Both the position numbers and the translations under genes were made by a program. The notes under the pieces are model-generated. The model worked only from the letters and a program-made list of their open reading frames with translations, had not been told where the DNA came from and ran no database searches. A stretch of DNA of 59,905 bases, filler included, from Sphacelaria rigidula (lineage: Eukaryota): the NCBI GenBank assembly GCA_964200075.2. It is 10 parts of 10 records of this genome, joined end to end, with 100 filler letters (N's around TTAATTAATTAA, not from the genome) between each part and the next. Parts side by side here need not be neighbours in the genome. Positions count along the whole stretch, not along the records: positions 12,003 to 17,903 come from CAXNAA020023630.1; positions 18,004 to 23,904 come from CAXNAA020023631.1; positions 24,005 to 29,905 come from CAXNAA020023632.1; 7 more parts are not named here. One strand, written 5' to 3'. This document shows, one piece after another, positions 12,524-24,931 of the stretch (within the stretch, counting starts at the first letter, position 1; each line of letters begins with the position of its first letter).

Positions 12524-12724
12524 TTGCTCTACTAATTGAGGCTTTTCCAGGACATCTTCCCGTTTACCAGTGACGGCAATGTTTGTTTCGGCCAGAAAAG
12601 AATTTTTATGGATTCGACCATTCTTGACCGTTCTTGGGCAACACCTCTTGTTTCGCCGAAATAAAAACTGCGACCACCGGTAAACGGTAAGATATCCTGG
12701 AATCGCCTGAACTAGTAGGGCAAA
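12524..12724. mobile_element. Foldback/MITE core with imperfect ~70-bp inverted arms
   Basis: TTGCTCTACTAATTGAGGCTTTTCCAGGACATCTTCCCGTTTACC against the reverse complement of GGTAAACGGTAAGATATCCTGGAATCGCCTGAACTAGTAGGGCAA; flank GGTGTCAAACTCCGCC links it to the 31151 and 50623 family. Confidence 0.65.
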
Positions 12725-14156
12725 TCTCTCCCAGGTGTCAAACTCCGCCCAACTCTATTTTGGGGGCGTAAATCGAGGTGGAATGTTTTTTTTTCATGTC
12801 ACAAGGAGCGGTCTTGGACGACGGGGTGCATTGGGGCCACAAAAAGTTGAACGCCGTAGCCAATTTCAGGATTGTTCAGCTACGTGTGTCTTCACACAAG
12901 TTGAGAAGTTTTCATGGGAACCCACAAGTTTTTTTCCTGTGGAGTTCATCGGGTGATGGCATTTTTTTCATTCATGTAGAAACCCTGAATCGGTTGCTTG
13001 CGCTGCTTTCCACGTACTGATGATCACCAATCAAGCAGGAAGTAACTGTTCAATCGCCAAAAGGAAACGTTGGTTGGCCCAGCGCCTTCATGTTTCATAT
13101 TCCGTGATGCATCGATGCGAGAGTCCGAACCGAGCAAACCAGATACTGAAAATTGTGAATCGACAGATGACTTCAAGACCCAAATTCTTCAAGGGTGTGT
13201 TGGACAGGGTGAATACCCGGCTATTGTCTCTCGAAATTTGTGTCGCAATGGTCCGATCCACAACCTCGTCCTGAGTACTGGGTAAAGGTAATGAAAATCG
13301 CAATACTTCCCCCCAATATCTGGGTATTGTCCAATAATCTACCCAAGTTTCGGGTACCTCACCCTTGGGAAAGCTAGTGACGATTTTTGATTTTGTGGAT
13401 TCACGTGTTGACGTGAACATAATTAGAAGTCCCCGAAGATGGGAAATACCCTAACCCATCACACCATTGAAGGCCTCGCGCACCGTGAATTCAAGTGTTG
13501 CGACACGGATCGGGGGAAGACAGTACAGTATCACCGAGCACGTTTCTGTCTCGGTAGACTTGATCCCAGTGCGGCATCGGGGAATAGTTTGAATATAATC
13601 GTGTGTTGCATCAAGTATCTACTGGTTCTTCGGATAGTATTTCCTTTTTCCATCCACACTCCAGTGCCATGCTCTTGTTATGAGTTATGAGCGTGATTTT
13701 GAGTGGGGCAAGAAGATGAAAATTACACCTCTTGACGCACGGCACCGTATGGACGGACAAGCAGGAAAACCGAGCTCCGCACGATGGTGTTGATGATATG
13801 CGCTCCCCACCAGGGGGTTGTTCAAGCTGCATAAGGTGTCTGCCAGTCGCACCGGTGGTACAACAGCTGGTAACCACCAAGGCATCCGAGTACCTGTGTG
13901 TCTCGAAGCTGGCAGTTTGCATAAACGACTCTAACATGCACCTTACAGGGTGGAATAGCACAGCTCTACCTGTCCTTCGTTCCATCAGCCAAAACTTGCT
14001 CATGCTGAACACAACTCTCAGTACGCGCGCGCGCGCACACACACACACACTACGCACACATTACACACTACACACACCACACTCGGAACCTCAAATTGTT
14101 GACATTTTTCTTCTTGTCATGTTTCTATTTTTTATTTTATTTTTGGTGCTACACAG

Positions 14157-14343
14157 TCATGAGCTGTTGAAGACGTTTCCCGTGTATGAAGAAGTCGAGG
14201 GCATACAAGTTCTGCCGAATACGGAAGAATTCTCGAGGAAAATTCCCGGCAGCGACAGTGGTGGTGGAAGTAGCGGCTCCGGGAATCTGGTGGCTGTTGC
14301 CGGGAAAAATGGCGTCGTCCGTGTATTCACACTTGAAGGACAG
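14157..14343 (+). CDS. TBL3: Transducin beta-like 3 / UTP13 (WD40, SSU processome), internal exon
   Basis: Pyrimidine tract + CAG acceptor, GTGAAA donor; HELLKTFPVYEEVEGI...VAGKNGVVRVF. Confidence 0.8.
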
Positions 14344-14543
14344 GTGAAAGCGGGGTCCGAAGGGAGAGGTGTCGGGGGTGGTATGGTACAACGGGGAATA
14401 GCTGGTGGGCGTCGACTCATTTCTCTTTTTCAAATGCTCAGGGCCCATCTGAAGTAGATTGAGATGAAAAAAAAAGCATCTACACATTACACTGTTACCT
14501 TCACGTTCCACGTCAAGAATCGTCAAAAGTTGAGCCGGACTAG

Positions 14544-14626
14544 TACTACGGTGGGATCACGCAGACCTGACTTGACTCGACTTTTGAAGAGGGCTACCCA
14601 CGTGGTTCCCGTCCCCCACCGTAGTA
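14544..14626. mobile_element. Tiny TA-flanked MITE in TBL3 intron
   Basis: TACTACGGTGGG ... CCCACCGTAGTA perfect 12-bp inverted ends including TA. Confidence 0.45.
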
Positions 14627-15316
14627 ATGGCCTGGCTTAACTTTGGACGTGACACCTGACACGGCGAGACAGGTGAGGAGCGTAAGGTGTAGATCCTTGG
14701 AAAAAAGCCAAGAGCAAAGCAAGCGTGAAGGAAGAAAAATTTTGATTGGTCGCCGCAACCAGAGCGGCACGCCCAAGTTCCCTTCCACCAGTGACTACGC
14801 TGTTTCTCGGCGCTCAGTCCTTCGCATATTTTCATGGGTTCGCTCCAAAGTTGGCACGCGGTGCAAGATGGGGCGGGGTGCACGAATGATGATGACGAGT
14901 GCGCCATGCGTGATTTTTGTACCATGCTCTTGTACTAGATATTGGGCGCAGGGGTCAGGATCGAAAAAAAAATGGCTTCTGCTTGTCACATTCACGCAAG
15001 ATGATATGCTTACTTTGCTTTCCGTCTATGGACTTGCGACGAGCATCAACTTGTTCGTCGATGACACTGCGGTTGCCGTCGGTGAGGAGTTGCGTCGTCC
15101 GATACACCTGTGAGCCCCTATTTTTCGAGGAATCATCCCCCCTTCCCCCTCATTCCTATCGCAATATGACTCATGAAATGATCTGGTTGCCGCGTGTGCA
15201 CGCGCACACCGTAAAGTCGTACCTGAAGCTGCCCCGAAGATTTCCATTATTGGGCCGTGGCACTCGTCCCTTCTGCGCTTGACCCGCTTTCCCCCATCTT
15301 TTGGCCCTTTCGACAG

Positions 15317-15787
15317 CAGGCAATCACAGAATCCAGCGATAACAGCACTGCGAAGAAAAAGTCATCGTCCAAGTACAAAAACAAGTCGACGGCAGCTCTA
15401 TCTCCACCGGCAAAGCGCCTCATTTTCCCTCTAAAAAAGGTATCCTTCCGGTGTGTCATGACCCAAGATAACGCCGGTGCGTCCCACAACGCGGGATACA
15501 CCAATCTTTTGCTGGATCGAAAACGCGGTGGATTGGTCGGTGTAACAGCCGATCACAACATGCTCATGCTCGAACCGGCACCAATTCCGCCGCATATTGA
15601 GGTTGGTGGTGGTAGTGGTGGTTGTAAAGGCCGGCGTGCGCGCGGAGTGGTTGGCCTTATCGAGACGAAGCGGCAAATCATCGGATACAATGACGAAGTT
15701 ATCGATATGAAGAGCGTGCCTGATGGTGTGCTTGGGGATGGGGAGAAGGGTGGGAGCTGGGTGGCGGTGGCGACGAATAGTCCGCAG
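15317..15787 (+). CDS. TBL3: TBL3/UTP13 internal exon
   Basis: CAGCAG acceptor (15317 or 15320, both phase 0), GTGCGT donor; LVGVTADHNML...KRQIIGYNDEVIDMK...VAVATNSPQ is the TBL3 signature. Confidence 0.9.
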
Positions 15788-15855
15788 GTGCGTCTGTTGT
15801 TCTGGTGAAGGTGTCGATGGGGTCTGGGTGTTGTTGCTGATCGCTGCTGCAACTC

Positions 15856-15856
<1 letters not shown>

Positions 15857-15886
<30 letters not shown>

Positions 15887-15906
15887 GTGGTGGTGGTGGT
15901 GGTGGT
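15857..15906 (+). repeat. Compound (TTG)n-(TGG)n microsatellite
   Basis: Seen directly, inside the TBL3 intron. Confidence 0.9.
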
Positions 15907-16200
15907 GACTATGATGGAGATTGCAGCGGCATCGTGTGTGTGACACGGTGCATTTGTTGTCGTTTTTCAGGGAGAGATGGAGATACCGCGTCCAAGCAGC
16001 ATCACATGTGTGAGCAAACATGAACATTCACACATATTGTGGAAAAATAAGTCGGTGAAAAAAACCCAATAGCAACACCAAGAGATGCTTCGCTTTATTA
16101 CCTCCTTGATTATCTCCACCGCGCATACTTCGTTGTATTCTTTATCATCTTCGTCTTTTTTTCTTCTTCCTCTCACCTTCACATTCTTCTTGATGACAAG

Positions 16201-16289
16201 GTGCGTCTTTTCGAACTCGGCGAATTTTCGTGCCGGCTGCTGGACGGACACACGGAGACTGTTCTGGCTTTGGATGTTGCCCCTGACGG
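16201..16289 (+). CDS. TBL3: TBL3/UTP13 internal exon
   Basis: AAG acceptor, GTGAGC donor; VRLFELGEFSCRLLDGHTETVLALDVAPDG continues the previous exon in frame (WD40 GH motif). Confidence 0.9.
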
Positions 16290-16589
16290 GTGAGCGTTTT
16301 GTTTTCTTTTTTTTTCCTCGTTTCCTCTCGTTGTCTTTCCCGTCCTTTTTTTCTTTTCCTTCAGTTTTTGCGATTCGTTTCGAATGTGCTCGCTTGCTTT
16401 TAGCCCTCGTCATATTGAAAAGTTGCGTCACGTGTTTTCTCGCACTCGGAGGCGTTAACGGTACAAATATTCCCTCACTGAAAAAAAGTGCAGCATCAAG
16501 TTTCCAGGATCAAGAACAAAGTACTGTTTGGAGCACTCGGAGCTAAAATCCGGTGTGCCTCGTTAGCCGTCAGTACGGTATGAAGATGA

Positions 16590-17060
16590 TCACTACCCCT
16601 ACCAGCACTGTTGTCACAGCCAGTTCAGTCATTATACAACACCCTACAAGCACAGGAGGACATCCACTACGACCGTCACGCTTATCGCAATGGATCAGTC
16701 ACGAGGTAGCAGCGCTTAGATCTCCTATCCACCACCACGGTTTGAGCATTCGCTCGGTTGTGTTGCGTGGCATTTGAATGTCCGGCGCGCAAAAGGCGTT
16801 TTTGCCTCGGGTGCAGCTCGTCACTATAACGGGTCTCAGCTGGAAAAAGGCGTTGTGAGCGATTCGTAATCTGACGCAGAAGCAATGATGCACCTGGCTG
16901 CGCTGTCCTTCCGTTAGACGTCATGAACAACGTCCACGACCGTTGTGAGTGGTGTTCTGTAAAATTGTTGCCGTGCGGCTTTGTTCGTTGTTGTGAAATG
17001 CTGTCGTGCTTCTGTACAAAATCGCTGTATTTCACCACCGTAGGGTTCTGTCCTGTCCTG
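16590..17060 (+). repeat. Interspersed non-coding repeat, homologous to 40580-41110
   Basis: Collinear shared blocks CATCCA..AC.AC.GTCA.GCT.ATC.CAATGGA, CATTCGCT.GGTTGTGTTGC, CCGTTAGA..TCATGA, GTAGGGTTCTGT; ends approximate. Confidence 0.7.
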
Positions 17061-17903
17061 TGTTGGGTACTGCAATAGTGGTGCGGTCTCTGCACGACAT
17101 GTCGTTGGCGTACCTCGAAAGTGTGGGGTGGTTCCCGCTACAGTACATTGACCTCTCGATGATTTCCCTCCTAGCCCTCTCTTGTCAGTCACCACATTTA
17201 ACAGCCGATTTTAATTTTTGGGGTTCAACACTAAAATGGGGCTGCAGTCGCATTTCTCTCTTGCAGGGAAGATACGAAAGAGTAACACAGAGCGAAAGTA
17301 TCTCCCCCCCCCCCGAAACTCCGCAGGAGGACTTGACCGTCAGACCGCAAGAGTAGGTCACCTGCTGAGTCGGCATCAATATTCACTTGAAAAAAGTACA
17401 CGCGTGGTCCAGATGGACTACGGGCACCGCGGTCCTAGGGTTAAGCAACTCTGGCTAGGTGCACCCAACGAAATGCGGTGTACACGCGTGTCGATGACGA
17501 TACCACCAGAGAGAGAAGCAACGACAGAGAGGGAGCTCTTCGCCCGTGCCCTTTGTGTGTCCCCGCTCGGTGATTACCAAACTCTCGAGAGACTGGCATC
17601 CTTGACCTTACCAGCATGTGCCAATTTTTCCATATGCCAGAGCATCGACGTGCGGAGAAGTCCCGTCGTCTCTTCGTCTTGCCTGGGCACCTACCTCATC
17701 ATCGATGCGAAGATCAGTTTCTCTCTGGCTCTCGGTTTGGACAACACGCGTCTCTGTGCGCTGAAAAACACGTCCCTGAAAAACAGGGCAATGTTTCCGT
17801 CACCGCTACTACTGTTCTCTGTCACACACATGGCAAAACCAGATGGATCCAATATGAACTTAGGGGGTGTTATTCATCGTCGATTGTCCGCCACCCCGAC
17901 CGG

Positions 17904-18003
17904 NNNNNNNNNNNNNNNNNNNNNNNNNNNNNNNNNNNNNNNNNNNNTTAATTAATTAANNNNNNNNNNNNNNNNNNNNNNNNNNNNNNNNNNNNNNNNN
18001 NNN
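17904..18003. other. Artificial contig linker
   Basis: Same 100-bp linker. Confidence 0.99.
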
Positions 18004-18048
18004 GTTTTCGTGCAACCAAATACCCCCCCCGCTATCGTAGGATGACTC
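18004..18048. mobile_element. Right end of a Sola2-like TIR element (cut by contig start)
   Basis: Near-identical to 6060-6099, ending CTATCGTAGGATGACTC. Confidence 0.6.
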
Positions 18049-19229
18049 CAGGTACTTTTACAGAGCGGATGTTATGGTTTTTTCCTTCTCGTGCGGGCTG
18101 TTTGGGTAATGGGCTATGGGTGGTTTGCCCGTTGCACTATGTGACCACGGGTTCGAGAAATCGAGCGAATGTGACGGATGTGATGATGATCGTGATGAAT
18201 GTCTTCGTCTCTAGGATCGTTTCTGCCTTGGTGTTTGTTCGAGGAATCTCATTATACACCTCGAGGTATTTATCACATGAGTTCAGTTATTTCGAATGAG
18301 GGATGCTTCCTTCGTTCCCAGCGGTGACATTCGAACATGATGAATTTCAATAGCAACAACCTGAGCTCTTCCGACCCCGACACTCGTCAGGTCATTGTCG
18401 TTTCTCACTAGCGAGGCTTGTTGGGAGGTTCCCGCAGTATATCTGATCTTAAATCTCGCGGAACCCCCATGACATCTCTCTAATTCACAATCAAGGCGAT
18501 GGCATGTCGGTACTCAGGAGGTTCCCTGTGGTAGACGAAAACGCTCGAAATACTTGTCGAATCCACTGTCAGCGGTTGTCAACTGGCATGAGCGTCTACA
18601 GATGAGTCTTGCGGGTCACGATAAATTCGGGACATCAAGCAAAATATGTCGTTACCATGACAATAGAGTGGTCAAATTGTCCATCGATTCACTCGGCATG
18701 TTACTCGTTGCAATGAGCTCTCGATTGCAAACGATCGACGCCCATCACCTCTCATGAGCGAATCTACAGTGCGCCACCAAAACATGCGCTGGTCGTGATG
18801 GGATCTATCTGAAGACGGCTAGACGAAGCGGGAGCCAAATGGGGCAATGCTGTGTGAATGAAGAACCGTATGTTGTTTCACGTTCGAGGGCGTAACACAG
18901 AAATCTTGAACCTGGCATGTGTACAATTTCTTCAACCGTGAAATGTGAAATATATTGCTGGCGGCAGTAGCTACGGTACGAGCTCCCTACGACACCTCGT
19001 CGTTGGTAGCGGAGGCTATCGATGGATTGCTCACCAAATTACTTGCCGACGACAACGACGACAATTCCGTTAGCAGTCGCTGCTGTCATCGCTGGAATGA
19101 CCTCCTAGCCTCGAGGTTTCTTGACGCGTACACAATAAAGGCGAAAGTCAAACGGTTGGTCATCCCCGCTTGAAATCGATATAACTGCAGTTCTCCGCCG
19201 TAGGAGGAGGAGGAACAGATTCCCTCGGA

Positions 19230-19279
19230 GGCGCCGCAACAGGGGGCGCCGCAACAGGGGGCGCCGCAACAGGGGGCGC
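19230..19279. repeat. 15-bp tandem repeat x3
   Basis: GCGCCGCAACAGGGG x3; reads PVAAP repeats on the minus strand. Confidence 0.85.
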
Positions 19280-19687
19280 AAAAGAAGAGGGAAGAAGGGC
19301 AGAAGGGACGATGACGGAGGTATGTGCATTACTGTACAGCCAGGGTAGCAATATGGAAAAGCTCGTCGACGTCAGAGAACAGAACAAATTTCGATGTGAG
19401 TTGATCGATGCAATATTCCACGGTTAGGACAAACCATCATTACTCAAAATCACCAAATCCATGATTTCTTCGGCCTGATTGCCCAAAAGGGAGAAGATAG
19501 TTGATCGCTGGTACAAGAGGGCATCCACGTAACCTTTGCGCCATTCCACGTGTGTGGGCTGCATGTACCTGGGTCGCAACGCTGAAATATAAAGCTTAGG
19601 GATTGATTCGTCACGAGTCGACTGATAATACTAGAACCAAGTTTTTAGACGAATCATTATTTGTGTGACCCTTGCAATATTCCTCTC

Positions 19688-19895
19688 AAGTGCGTATGAG
19701 GCACGCGTGCTCAAAAGACCGGGCCGTGGTCCGGAACAGCTCGGGCAAGATGGCGTTTTTCGAACCCAATCGGGCTGGTTTCTGCAGGAACCACGCCCCT
19801 GACGTTCACCCAAGAACTTACCCTGATCCTGACTCTACCCATGGACGTGTTCACAACCCGATGCGGTCTCTAAGCACGCGGTCCCCTGAGCACAA
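19688..19895 (+). mobile_element. MITE, diverged copy of 21050-21256 in opposite orientation
   Basis: Aligns over ~200 bp with the reverse complement of 21050-21256 (CGTTTTTCGAA.CCAATCGGGC, CTGCAGG.AC.ACGCCCCTG, AAGCACGCGGTCC). Confidence 0.75.
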
Positions 19896-21049
19896 CACCT
19901 CTACGATATAAGACGCACCCGCTCGAGCGACGACATCGCGTGGTCCACCCATCCTGGAGAATTCCAGCACCTATTCGACATCCCGAGCCTCACTCTAGGT
20001 GTGAGCAATGCTATCGATTCGGCGAGACATGGAACAAACTCTGCGTTTAATCTATTGCACTCGTCAACATTACTTCTTACAAACAGTCGGGTAGTCATTC
20101 AAATCAACAAGTCACCAGGTGGTCGGCGGTATATGCATGCTTTCAGGAAGATACCCTGCTTGGGTGTCTATACAGACGCGTCAGTCTCGATACTATCTCA
20201 TCAGCAATGCCACGTTCGGCTGGTCTGTTGTGGTTGCCCATGCACTGATCAGACAAGCGGAAGCACCATGAACATGAGGACAACCACGGGAGGAGGAAGA
20301 ACCGTGGACACTAGAGCAAGCGAAGCGATGACTAGACACTGGTGAGTCACATGTTATCGAGCCGTTTCTTGACGTTTTCTGCTCGGTCGTGCACATGCAT
20401 ACAGTCAACATGGTATGACCTCCAGGCGACGGTAAGTTCGAGACGAATGAACAACATTTCGACAGCTAAATCTTGATCCTTGAACAGCTTTCCAGTGCCG
20501 TGTTGAGCATCAACGATGGTTGAAGCGTTCACCGTCATCATTTCGCGGAAACCCTGCAATAAACGATGAACAGGTCGTATAAACGCAGTCCAAGATGTCG
20601 CCCTACTGCGACTATACAGAGATACCATGTCAACATTTTTTCGCCATCTGGCATAAAGGATATTGGCACCTTGAAAGTGTACCGGTCACCTGAAAGGCCC
20701 CGCATACGAATATTAAGCGACTGTGAGCAATCGTTCAACGCAGTTGTCAACTGTTCTCGTTCTTGATAATTGAACAGATCGGGGCGTCTCCTCACTCGAG
20801 TACGGGGGGGAGCCTGTGGCAAGTAGTCGCACTTGCGTCACTGCTCCGACAGGTGCTGGACTGTACGGCGGTTTGCTAGGCGCTTGGTGGAAGCCATGCA
20901 TCTAGCTTGTGCTACTTGTTGCGACACACGGCTCAAGTGTTGCAGGTACCTCCTGAACCGTGGTTGATTCTGGCAATAACGACACTTGACGGTTGTTTCG
21001 TACGCATCTCTTGCATTTTGTACCGGCTCCCATTGTGGGAAGGGTGTAA

Positions 21050-21256
21050 TAATGCGTGAGAGGACCGCGTGCTTCGACAACCGCATCCGAATTTGAATAT
21101 CTCTATGGTTGAAGTTCGGGTTAGGGTTGGTGTCAGGGTCATGGACAGGGGCGTAGTACCTGCAGGGACTGGCCCGATTGGTTTCGAAAAACGTCGATCC
21201 TGAGGTGTTCATAACCACGGCGCGGTCCTCCAAGCACGTGGTCCTCTCACGCATTA
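21050..21256 (-). mobile_element. MITE with 25-bp TIRs (outer TA may be the TSD)
   Basis: TAATGCGTGAGAGGACCGCGTGCTT ... AAGCACGTGGTCCTCTCACGCATTA (24/25). Confidence 0.85.
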
Positions 21257-23904
21257 CAGAGAGGGTCGGGGGGTGGTGTTGGTTATAAGGGAATATCGTA
21301 GGCGGTGACGAATATCATCGCTAGCGTCATATCCACTGTATCGTTAATCTTTCTAAATTTTTTCATCGAGTCAAGCCCCAAATTGTAGTAGCTCTATGGA
21401 TTTCGTCGCAGCGACCGTGTGGACTCGTTTTTGTTTCCAGTTCCCCCTTTTTCCATGCCGGGGATGTGTAGGGAAAGTCCGATCACGGGTCGCGTATGAG
21501 GGTGAGGGCGCATGAGGTTCAAGTCAACCATTTGAGTCGAATGTCCAAGCAGGGTTCTTGTCAGCTCCGCAGTCATACTGGCTTGTGAAAAAAGTGTCCC
21601 CGGTAGTGCGTTGAATGAGATTTTATCAGTATTCATGAGAACGTGCGGTCAATGACTTTTCCCGCACGAATTGTTTCGTTCTTGATATCTATTCTGGGAT
21701 GTGAGATTTGTACCGTCGATCGGAGATGGGGTAAAGGTGATCGGATGCAGGTCCTGTTGGAGTAAATGCTAATTATTAAGAGTTACACATCGCGGTTGAT
21801 GTGAGAATCACCATAATCTATTCCCCAATGACGTCAAATTGTCGTGACACTCGGAGCGTTATAAATGTAATGCGGGATTTTGTCAGCGACGTGGAAGAGC
21901 CCTCACTGATCAGAGCGACAACGAATACATGTGAACAAGAGTCTTGGGGATCAAGTGGATTTCAACATGCATTTGCGCAAAGCTGTCTTGACGTATCGTG
22001 TTCCGGACACGATATACGAGCTAAGCTGTGCTGTTTGCTGGACCGATCGAGACATCTGCACGGTATGCGGCGGCAAGGCTAAAACACGCACGGAAAAATT
22101 TATGCCCTCTTCCCATCAACGTCGTCTTGGAGAGTTGGCTTGATTGACGATTTGCTTTCCCCTTCCACACAAGGGGCTTGTTGTTTCGTCAGCTGTCTGC
22201 ATGTCCCTCCCGTTGTGATAGCCTACGCCAGCTCCCTCGTTTCAAAACTTGTTTTGCTATTTAGTTTCACGGCCGTCGATTACTGCTCTCACACGGGAGA
22301 TTTTACAGTACATGACGAGTGTGAGTGCACTTCGTGCATTCGAGCAGGTGTCTTACGACGCGCCCGTTTGTTGCGTGGTTGCGTCCACCACCGCAACACG
22401 AAACCACCTGAGCCGCGTTTTTTTCACACGCCTTAAGCCGCCCTGCTCCCACTCTTCTTGTACCCTTTCGCTTCACCCTTCAGCGCGCATACATTTTGCT
22501 GTGTTGTGTTGCTCCATAACGATTTTGTCCTCAGCTACCTTTTTCATTTTGTTTGTCCCCTGAAATTCCTTCGGCCCATTCTGTTCGTTGTACAGTTGAC
22601 CTTATCCCGGCCGATATTTCTAATGTCCCCTGAGTCGCGTCTAAACGGGCACCCACACAAGCGGCGGCTGATCATCTTGTCTCAATTGTATTGTCTTTTT
22701 TGACCGCGCACGACGTACCGTCTTGCGCCGGTCGAAATCGATGCTGCCCTTACCCCCTCATCCCCTTCACCGTAGGCCGCTCTCTAATAGGCTGCCCTCT
22801 GGTACCTGTCATCAGGGTGCGGCGGTATCGGCAACTACCGCAAGCAGTAGAACCGTATACGCCGAACGCAAGCAATCCACACCCTTGGGAGATGTGAGCA
22901 TGCGATCCTGGATTGACTCGTCACACTCAATCCGTTGATTCGCCCTCTCAATACAAAACAATAGCCCAGCTGTCAGAAGGGGAGACGGTCCCAGAGCCAG
23001 CAAACAAGTAACAATTGTGAATGAGGGCAGAAACAAGGCACACTACTGAGACTCACGTGAGAGGTGTGGTCTCGCGACACTGAAAACAGGAGATCGGTGG
23101 GTAGATGATGAGTGAAAACTCTTCTTTATCCAAGGAGGCCTGATGATTGTAGTCGGGGTTTTTGAGTGTGACAGGGGGGTAGACAGCATCTGCCCATGCG
23201 TCCGTCTGACCCACTTACAATCTCGTCACGATACAAAATCACCGTGACGCGCCGTACCTCTGGGTAATCAAGGCTGTAGTAGCAGCACGTACACACGGCT
23301 AATCGGGTACAATCCATCTACCTTCAACCCGCTGCGTCAACAATACAAGGATCGAATCCTGTATCATACAAACACACACTTTCGACTAGAATCCTCCCAT
23401 ACCAGCTTGTCATTTCTAGGAACCATCTGCATATCCCGAAGACCTAGTTTTAATTCAGGCACACAGTCATTTACCATCACATGAGCCCCCTCGATCGTTC
23501 AAGTGCAGTCACTTTTCAAAGAGGAACGAACTTGTATCGAGCCACACCTCTCCCACACTACATATAACTGAGACCCCATCCGAAGATCGAGTCCTCTTGG
23601 GTACGAGGAACGGGAAGGGGCGATCGACACGAAAAATTCAGTAACTGACTAACACAAGTTCAAAGCAAAGAGAAAACAAATCGAACCCATACGATGATTC
23701 GGTGAGGAATGCTACAACAGTAGTGGTGCGCTTTTTTCGCGAACTTTTGTCTGGTCCAGAGGCTCCTAACGATTCTAGACTTACAGGAATATGGGGCAGG
23801 GCATCCCCGTTTGAAGATTTATTCGGGATATCCCCAGCACACTGGAATAGTAATCCTGGCGTACTCTTGCATATTTTCATAAGTCGTGTTTTGAATGAGA
23901 TAAG

Positions 23905-24004
23905 NNNNNNNNNNNNNNNNNNNNNNNNNNNNNNNNNNNNNNNNNNNNTTAATTAATTAANNNNNNNNNNNNNNNNNNNNNNNNNNNNNNNNNNNNNNNN
24001 NNNN
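23905..24004. other. Artificial contig linker
   Basis: Same 100-bp linker. Confidence 0.99.
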
Positions 24005-24660
24005 AGCCAAAAAACCACCGCGCCCCCCCCCCCCCCCCCCCCGTGCTGTAGAGTGTATATCCCTTTTGTGAGGATTTTTCGGGGAACATCCCCCCCACAC
24101 CCGAGAAATTTTTCCCCATCGACAATTATTAGTTTCCAAGATGATGAAAGCACCGTACTGTATGTTGCCGTGTCGATGACACAGTATACCCCCCCTGTAC
24201 GAAAGTTTCAAATGTCCGTTTGTGTCCATAGAAGATAAATTGTCTTCAATTTCTCGTTCGTGTTTTGTTTTCGGGAACTGACTTGGTTGGATGAGGGGTT
24301 CTCGAGTTGGTCCGAGTATTTACGTGCACTGCAGGCACACAGACTACTCCTAGTCCTTCAGTCGACGTCATAGCTCATGGATTCGCATATTTCACATGTC
24401 GATTCATGGTAGGAGCACAGGGTTTGTATTGCTAGAAGGTCCCGTTGATGATGGAGTCTCCACGAAGTTTGCAATACCACAACCATGACCGCCTCAATCT
24501 TTAGCAAAACATGATGTGAAGAAATGGGAACCTGGGTAATGTTTTTGTCACATACGGTATACACACATACGTTTGTTTTTGCGGTGGGTTGCTTCCGCTC
24601 AGGTCCTCCGGCAGCGGTGGCCTCATCTAGGGTCTAGATTGTTATCGAGAAATGCATGTG

Positions 24661-24931
24661 AACGTTTCACACGTCGGACAGCTCATGAGCTACCTGGATA
24701 TTACTTGTTATTAGAGTACTGATCCGGATCATGAGCTAGCTCATTTGGCCACCATTTCCGTATTAGCTCCCAACAACGATGGACGCCGAGCACGCCGTGT
24801 AGTGGGAAGATGACGCTTTGGCTTCTCGGACACTGCTGTAACGTGTTTTGTGTTTCGGTACAATCGATCTGGGAGTTCTCTTCGATTACTTATTTCAGGT
24901 AGCTCATGAGCTGTCCGACGTGTGGAACGTT
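24661..24931. mobile_element. MITE-like element with 36-bp inverted repeats
   Basis: AACGTTTCACACGTCGGACAGCTCATGAGCTACCTG (24661-24696) against 24896-24931, 35/36; no clear TSD. Confidence 0.8.

Noticed and set aside
13732..14457. 241-aa ORF as a complete gene
   Set aside because: Only 14157-14343 is an exon; the rest is intron read-through with CA and T tracts
17218..17955. 245-aa ORF
   Set aside because: No recognisable domain, runs into the linker and lies in repeat-like intronic DNA
20170..20215. Hammerhead-like core on the minus strand (CTGATGA-GATAGTATC-GAGA)
   Set aside because: GAGA replaces GAAA, and stems I and III do not form
22893..23656. Solo LTR (TGT...ACA)
   Set aside because: No TSD, PBS or second copy in the window
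24134..24185. FQDDESTVLYVAV as an upstream coronin exon
   Set aside because: Lacks the following GKGDG.IRY motif and good splice sites; sits in a repeat end
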